Of a stretch of DNA of 5,292 nt, positions 1 to 5,292 are shown one piece after another. This DNA is from Geosiphon pyriformis uo1 (lineage: Eukaryota; Fungi; Glomeromycota), in the NCBI GenBank assembly GCA_016748015.1, contig JAAOMT010000216.1, positions 1 to 5,292 of the forward strand, in the 5' to 3' direction. The translations under genes were made by a program, and so were the position numbers. The notes below the pieces were generated by a model. That model worked only from the letters and a program-made list of their open reading frames with translations, made no database searches and was not told the origin of the DNA. Within the stretch, counting starts at the first letter, position 1. Every line of letters begins with the position of its first letter.

Positions 1-651
1 ATGACTGTGCTAATCGAGTAATTGAACAACAAATTCTGAATTGAATCATATGAAAATAGTTGTACAGATTCGGTAAAGCTGTTATTTGAATTCATAGTCT
101 TGAGGTGGAAACCAATATTTTATTTCTTAAGAAACCAAATCAATCATAAAGGATTTTTATTAATTAGTTTGCAAATGTAAATTAAAAGGATAAACGGTGT
201 CAGATCTTGTGAAGTAACAATTACGAATTTCGGGTTATATAGTTCACCTTAACTAAATCCAAATTTTCTTTAACGACAATATAGAAAAAACTTTTTAAGT
301 CAAAGATTTTTCATTTCCCAATCTATTTATAAGGATCTCGGTCAAAAACTTTTGTTCGCTTTTCGGTGACTTAATAATGGGAATTGTTGGCCGGTTTAAT
401 CCTTTAATTATTACAACAGTCTAAGTATGGATCAAAATTCAAATTTTTGATGATTGTTAGGTAAAAGTTGGAAATGCCCGTGAATCTTTATGATTTCAAC
501 AATGGAACTTTTTGAAAAACTTATCTTTAAAGCTTTAAAGTTAAGCACTATTCCCACCACCATATTGAATTGCTTTATATCGAATTCATTTTTGAAGCTT
601 TAAAACATTAGAAATTTTCATTAAAATTCATATTTTTCTGATTAAACTCAT
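1..651 (-). pseudogene. Decayed LINE ORF2 APE-endonuclease relic, running off the window start
   Basis: Minus-strand motifs occur in the expected order across frameshifts and stops: MSL (651-643); YKAIQYGGG then IVL after a 1-nt shift (YGGG 564-553; cf. GGGVAI); VIIKGLN (414-394; cf. IIxGDLN); KFLTEILIN; ENLDLV (268-251; cf. ILDL); SDTVYP (204-187; cf. SDHxP). Confidence 0.55.
520..545. repeat. 26-bp near-perfect palindrome with a perfect 16-bp core
   Basis: CTTAT-CTTTAAAGCTTTAAAG-TTAAG; the core (525-540) is (CTTTAAAG)x2 and self-complementary, with one mismatched pair in the flanks. Confidence 0.85.
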
Positions 652-1050
652 AGCATGAAAATACGAAAAAAAGCTCAACTGTATAGAATAATTTGAATGT
701 TGAAAAATAAAAATAAAATTTAAATGTAATTCTTGGCTTTTAATATTAGTGTGTTTTGTTTATTATAATATAATTTGAAACAGCTTATAGGTATTATTTT
801 CTTGTAAATATTTAATTAATAAAATATTTAAGTAATCATCTAAGGTTAAATGTATTAAAAACTTGGTATTTGATTATGCTAAAAGTTGAAATAATAATTT
901 TTCAATTACACATATAAGCTATTTAAATTGCAAAAAACATTTGCTAGAAACTTCCAATTTGGTTTTTGTATGAGTAAAATATTATACTTTGCTAAATATA
1001 TTGATTGATTTTTTTGGAACTATATTATGCAACATATTGTAAAAACTTTG

Positions 1051-1074
1051 AAATCAAATAAATTTATTTGATTT
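1051..1074. repeat. Perfect 24-bp palindrome
   Basis: AAATCAAATAAA|TTTATTTGATTT; extends to 1048-1078 with one bulged base. Confidence 0.9.
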
Positions 1075-1800
1075 TCAACCGATTGCCGCGGAATTAATCG
1101 CAAATTCAACCAATTAGTTTGGCAACAAAGACGTAGAAAGCTGGTAGCTATGACAATAGATTTTTTTAAACTAGAAATGGGGGTGGGAAGTACAAGTGTG
1201 CCCATGCATACGCCTTTGTGTATTGCATGCTGCAACTAGGGCAGAGATCCCAAGATGGGTGCCTAGTAAAAAAATATGTGAAATTTAAACTTTAGCTTAA
1301 AAATCTTTGTTACCGACCACATAACTGGGTGGAGGTTTGTTAGATCACTCAATGAAGCTTGGCATTAATCTTGATTTTTTTTTAAAAGAAATTAATAACA
1401 GATTGATATAACAAATATCAATTTATTTTACTCGAAGAATTGAATTTAAATCTTGCTCCTTTGAAGCTTCTAAAAGTTAAAGACGTTATTGTTTTAACCT
1501 ACATCCATAAGGAAATAATGATAACTGAAATATGCACCGTAACCTTTAAAAAGTATAACTTTGATTCAATAAATTAAATTTCGTTAATCTCATCTAATTT
1601 TCGAGGGGACAATACTTAAAGGAGAGATCATTCAAATTTTTAGAACACTGAAACTTAAAATCTTAAATTTTGATCTACATATCCGGCAAACTCTGATCAA
1701 GTAATTGTGCCTACAAATCTTAATTAATTCTCCAAATATGGAAAATTGGAACCAATTTTATTTCCTAATTCATGATGACAGCGTGTCATTAGTCTTGAAC
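1063..1800 (+). pseudogene. Decayed LINE ORF2 APE-endonuclease relic with part of the downstream linker (CR1/L2-like)
   Basis: Ordered motifs: TDCRGINRKFNQL (1078-1116; cf. NxRGIxxK); LVAMT (1141-1155; cf. IIAITE); RNGGG (1173-1187); CYRP (1308-1319, same frame as GGG and about 40 codons later; cf. YRPP); ITE..TVT (1521-1544; cf. ITEPTRVT); RDH (1623-1631; cf. SDH); IFRTLKLK (1636-1659); ENWNQFY (1741-1761; linker-like). Several stops and frameshifts interrupt it. Confidence 0.6.
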
Positions 1801-2749
1801 TGAACACAAAACATTGCAAATCTATTGTATCGATTATAAATTAGAAATAAAAAATTTGTGTACCATAAGTTGCTGACTTTTAGACCTCCGCTATAATTTA
1901 TACCCAGGTATTTTCAATTATGTACATTACAACTCTTTGAATTATACTATGTAGAATCTTACATTTTTAATAGTTATAAATTTCCAGCAATTTTTTTGAA
2001 AGTACAACTCAGGAAATATGCTTCCACCCAATACAGAATACAATTAAATGTTAAATATATATAAATTTTGAGAAATATAATAACAAAAGTAATCAAAGTT
2101 AAAAAATATTTAACAAATTTTAAAATTATAATTAAAATTCTAATAAATTTAATTTGAATTCATAATAAAATATTGTTTTGATAAAAATTGTATTCTTAAC
2201 AAATCAGCTAAAACTTAAAAATATGTTATAAACATAGTGTGCTTTCAGTGAATGAAAATTGTTTGAATTCTGTTTTTTACATTTGAAAAAAATTTAAAGA
2301 TTTTGTTAAAGTAATTCAATAAAGATCTGAATTAAACAATTAAATTTTTTTGACCACATTTTAAACACAACCAAAAATTAATTTTCAAATTTGGTATTAA
2401 ATTTTGAACCTAAAAATTTGATATTATAACAATTTTAGTAAAGGTTAACAGTTATTAAAGACAAACATTAATGCAAAAATTGCAAAAAATATTTTAATAC
2501 AAATTTTTTGTTTATTATTGTACAAAAAACATTATTATTAAAACTAAAATCACAAATCTTTAGTTTATTGATAACATTCAAATTATTGAAAAACAACAAT
2601 ATTTTTTAAAAACCAAATACATCAAATTTACCAAACAATGAAAAATGGCTAATAATACTAGCAATTCTGTTTGTGTTAATTATGAAGCTTAATACTTCAA
2701 ACAAATTTTATCTTTTTGAACAAATATTAAAAATTATATGGTGTTTAAT

Positions 2750-2787
2750 TGTTTTATTTTTGTTATTTTGTGTATTTTGTTTTATTG
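2750..2787. repeat. Low-complexity T-rich tract with TATTTTGT-like units
   Basis: tgttttatttttgttattttgtgtattttgttttattg. Confidence 0.5.
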
Positions 2788-3049
2788 ATAATTAATGTGA
2801 CATTGTGACTTAACAAAAACATATTGATATATTGTATTAATAAATAATATGCATTCTTATTACAATCGTATTAAGATGCTAGTTTATATGAGTAGATTTA
2901 CCAATAACTATAATAAAAACATTTATATTTAAAACACATAAAATTGGGATGTTTCAATTTTATCAATATGTGTTTTTATCCGCAGAGAACCGGAATATGT
3001 ATCGTCAACACGTGACTTCTCTGGTAAAGATCTACTTTTCTAATGAAAT

Positions 3050-3270
3050 AATCCCCAATGTTTTAGTTGATATTTTAAACTTCTTTAAAAAGTTACACAT
3101 TTTTAACTGTTGCTGGGAATTTAACCAAGTGACAATGATGAGTATTTGTTTTTTTGGCTTTTAGTAACCATAGAAAGTCAAAATTTTCTTAATTAGATTT
3201 TTGGTATAATCGATGGCAAAATGCTAAAAGGTCTGAAATTATCTTTATTCTTTATTTCATCTTGTTTTCG
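3050..3270 (-). pseudogene. Decayed LINE reverse-transcriptase N-terminal fragment
   Basis: The minus strand reads RKQDEIKNKDNFRPFSILPSIIPKI* (NFRP starts at 3240, stop at 3195-3193), resembling the non-LTR motif NYRPISLLxxxSKI. Weaker downstream echoes are YGY*KP (3172-3155; cf. QYGFR) and TLGI (3061-3050; cf. LGIFLD). The spacing implies internal deletions. Confidence 0.5.
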
Positions 3271-3979
3271 TAAATTTTTTCGAGAGATTAATAGTTTAAT
3301 TGATAATTTTTTTAATATTATAATATAAAAAATTTTTAATCCTATTCTTTTTTCGAGAATACCAAAAATATTTAATTAATTTTTTAATATGAAAATTAAA
3401 GGTTTATAATTATTTGTAAGTAAAATAACATCTTTTAAAAATTTTGAAATCTTTAAATATTTATTTTTCATTTTAGTATCTAATTGTAACATTATATTAA
3501 ATTGTTATTCTCAATTTTCAAAGTATTTAAATTCAACTTAAAAATAATAACAATTGAAAAATGTACAGTGGGGAGAGATGTCAAAAGTTTTCAAAAATAT
3601 TTCTATTTAATATAAAACTTCAAATGTATAATATCAATTACTGAATTGCCCAATAAAATTTTATTGTAATTAGTAAAAACTTTGCATTTTTTATTAATCA
3701 AATAATTTTTATTTGGATGTTATTACTGATTGAATTTGAGGATCTTATATCTATTAAATTTTTTAGTTTTTTAACAATTTGTTTTAGAATGTCAAAAACT
3801 GTTGTCAAACGGTCTCTGCTCTCCTGCAGTTAATTCTTTATTTCTTCTCATTTACAGAAATGCGTTGTAATAATGGTAAGTTTCGGATAAAAAAATAGAC
3901 CAATAAAATATTTCAATATATTAATTTTTTTGGGCAAACATATTATTCTTGTGTAATTACAAGCATTTTGAGCTATTTT

Positions 3980-4530
3980 AGCATATACAATATACATTTA
4001 AAAAAAAAGCTTCAAAAACTTTTGACAGTCTTTTGTATATTCACTGGCTGTTAAGAATCTAATTTAAATATTAATGATTTCAAAAGAATTTAAAACTTGG
4101 AAAAAATCAAAAGAGTAAAAATAAAGCAGCTCAAAATTTTAAAGATTTCAACAAATATTTATTTGAAAGACTCAAAATTTTTTGCCAGTGTTCAAAATTT
4201 TTGTTCAAATAATTATGAAAAGAGTGAATGACACAATTCTCGGGAAAGTTGACGTTGAAATAGACTAAATAGATGTATTTTTATTTGGTAGACATAAATG
4301 CTCGAATATTATTACTTTATTTTTGTCATATTTTCTCAGTTTGACAAAGGAAATGAATATTTTTATCGAGCACCTGGTTCAAAAAGTTTCATGGGCTATC
4401 TATTAAAAAAAAAAATTTTTGCTTTCAATAAATTTCTTTTAAATCATTAGTGTGACAGTATTTTTAAATTTTCTAATGAAAACCAGTCAAATTTTTGATT
4501 TGGATCCAGATTACCCTCACCTTTTTAAAA
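3980..4530 (+). pseudogene. Decayed LINE ORF2 APE-endonuclease relic
   Basis: Ordered motifs: SIYNIHLKKKL (3980-4012; cf. SWNIxGLxxK); FDSLLYIHWL (4021-4050; cf. FDIIxLxETWL); ESNLNINDFK (4055-4084; cf. LNIxGY); DVFLFG[+1 A at 4290]DINARI (4272-4308; cf. GDFNAR); FLSLTKEMNIFI (4332-4367; cf. LLxLCKxxNLxI); GSKSFMGYLL (4376-4405; cf. GxSxIDY); PDYP (4506-4517; cf. SDHxP). Confidence 0.68.
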
Positions 4531-4723
4531 AGAATTAAAATTGTTAAAACTTACAAATTTATAAAGTATTCAATCGAAATTTTATTCAAGTTTTTAACCC
4601 CTTTTTTTGAAGTAAATCTATTTCAGGAAAAAAGTCAATAACAATAGCAAGCGTGTATTGGGGTATAAAATTTTCAAATTTTTTTTATTTCATAAAGATT
4701 AGCAAAACAACTTTATCGTATGA

Positions 4724-4755
4724 CTGATAGAGGCAAGCCTCTACAGCCACTCTGT
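4724..4755 (+). mobile_element. GC-rich stem-loop resembling the terminus of a Helentron/DINE-1-like non-autonomous element
   Basis: CTG-A-TAGAGGC-AA-GCCTCTA-CAG has perfect 7-bp arms (4728-4734 and 4737-4743) and is followed by ccactctgtt. The minus strand reads AACAGAGTGGCT-GTAGAGG-CTTG-CCTCTAT-CAGTCATAC, which echoes the layout I recall for DINE-1/HINE ends. The hairpin is seen directly; the element identity is inference. Confidence 0.35.
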
Positions 4756-4845
4756 TGACAATAAGGGAAAATAATTCATAAACTAGCCACTCTTTGAACC
4801 TGAATTTAGTAGATTTTCCACTGTTCAAACTTCACTTTTCCAAAG

Positions 4846-4985
4846 TCTACTGCTTGTTATTAAGTTACCAGATTGCTCTTTGAATATCAGGAAAAGCTAG
4901 CCTTGAAGCTGGTTTCGACCGGCAAGCTACTATCACGATCGACTTGCTTGTTATTAAGAATCGTCAAAATATTGCCTTCTTGGAT
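4846..4985. repeat. Degenerate local tandem duplication (period about 94-100 nt)
   Basis: The exact 14-mer TGCTTGTTATTAAG occurs at 4851-4864 and 4945-4958. Similarity extends on both sides (tctac vs tcgact upstream; attgctctttgaat vs attgccttcttggat downstream). Confidence 0.55.
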
Positions 4986-5150
4986 GAAATCTTGCCCAGT
5001 AACTTGAAGAGTATTTGGCTGAATTAACCCTTGATATATCAATTAGGAATACCCAAAGTACTTTTTTTATTGCCGGGCTTCTTAGTTCTCTTTGGTTTGT
5101 AATATTGGACAGTTTAAAGTAAAGGTAAAGTATGGTAGCAAAAAAAAATT

Positions 5151-5169
5151 ATGTAAACAAATCTTCTAG
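5151..5169 (+). other. Probable 3' splice acceptor (phase 0) for the protease exon
   Basis: atgtaaacaaatcttcTAG|CTC AAC ATC. Recognisable protein similarity and the GC step both begin right after the AG, and the upstream sequence is A-rich. Nearby GT donors exist at 5125, 5130 and 5135, but the true donor cannot be determined. Confidence 0.6.
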
Positions 5170-5292
5170 CTCAACATCATTCAACATCCGAACGGAATGC
5201 CAAAGCAATTGGGCATTCGCGAAAATCAGTTGATTGACGTGCTCGATAATTTCATCCACTATAAAACCGATACAGCGCCGGGCTCATCAGGA
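5170..5292 (+). CDS. Partial coding exon of a trypsin-like serine protease (PA clan, Trypsin_2/V8-like, bacterial-type); continues past the window end
   Basis: 41 stop-free codons translate to LNIIQHPNGMPKQLGIRENQLIDVLDNFIHYKTDTAPGSSG. This matches the family pattern IIQHPxGxxK...HYxTDTxxGSSG, and the second Ser of GSSG (5287-5289) sits at the catalytic nucleophile position. GC is 56/123 (45.5%), well above the flanks. An in-frame TAG at 5167-5169 doubles as a 3' splice AG. Confidence 0.88.

Noticed and set aside
1020-1235. ORF-track 71-aa minus-strand ORF
   Set aside because: It starts at TTG rather than ATG, has no recognisable motif, and lies antisense to the plus-strand APE relic.
1885-1917. 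Minus-strand LKIPGYKL*RR, resembling the APE IxGYxxxRxDR motif
   Set aside because: It is a single motif without the following GGG or correctly spaced GDxN, which is too little to call a fourth relic.
2638-2718. Signal-peptide-like stretch KWLIILAILFVLIMKL
   Set aside because: The nearby ATG at 2638 is out of frame, the frame closes quickly, and hydrophobic runs are common in AT-rich DNA.
2949-3164. ORF-track 71-aa plus-strand ORF
   Set aside because: Its F/I/N-rich composition is typical of AT-rich chance ORFs, it has no motif, and it overlaps the minus-strand RT relic in antisense.
3564-4027. TA-CAGTG start and 13-bp inverted repeat (3579-3591 / 4015-4027) suggesting a Tc1/MITE
   Set aside because: There is no matching CACTG-TA end, a 13-bp AT-rich match is expected by chance at this length, and the right arm lies within the APE relic.
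4131-4201. TCAAAATTTT three times
   Set aside because: Low-complexity, irregularly spaced and near chance level; not a CRISPR or satellite array.
4331-4432. ttttctcAG acceptor followed by a short open frame FDKGNEYFYRAPGSK...
   Set aside because: Better explained as part of the 3980-4530 APE relic; the frame ends in a stop shortly after an A-run.
1897-4670. tttataccc (near 1897) and gggtataaa (near 4661) as distant subterminal inverted repeats
   Set aside because: Only 9 bp and 2.7 kb apart, so within chance expectation.
1-5292. Alternative genetic code (TAA/TAG read as Gln, or TGA as Trp)
   Set aside because: Read-through gave no coherent long protein in the frames I translated. The relics need frameshifts as well, and the protease frame meets TGA at 5032-5034 even if TAG is read through.
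1-5292. tRNA, rRNA, CRISPR array or prokaryotic operon structure
   Set aside because: I saw no cloverleaf, rRNA-like segment, regular repeat-spacer pattern or dense ORF packing.

Overview
Very AT-rich (roughly a quarter G+C, judged by eye), gene-poor DNA that reads as eukaryotic intronic or intergenic sequence; the host cannot be identified from this window. Most of it is decayed non-LTR retrotransposon (LINE) coding sequence. There are three frameshifted, stop-riddled APE-endonuclease relics (about 1-651 minus, 1063-1800 plus, 3980-4530 plus) and a short reverse-transcriptase relic (about 3050-3270 minus). The only intact coding segment is missed by the ORF track because it has no start codon in its first 9 codons and runs off the edge. 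It is 5170-5292 (+), 41 stop-free codons at 45.5% GC, starting right after a ttctag splice-acceptor-like site. It encodes LNIIQHPNGMPKQLGIRENQLIDVLDNFIHYKTDTAPGSSG, the catalytic-serine half of a trypsin-like (Trypsin_2/V8-type) serine protease that looks bacterial, so it is a candidate horizontally acquired, intron-containing gene. A stem-loop at 4724-4755 resembles a Helentron/DINE-1-type terminus. Both ORFs in the supplied track are best explained as antisense shadows of LINE relics. All family assignments are manual translations compared with remembered motifs; no searches were run.
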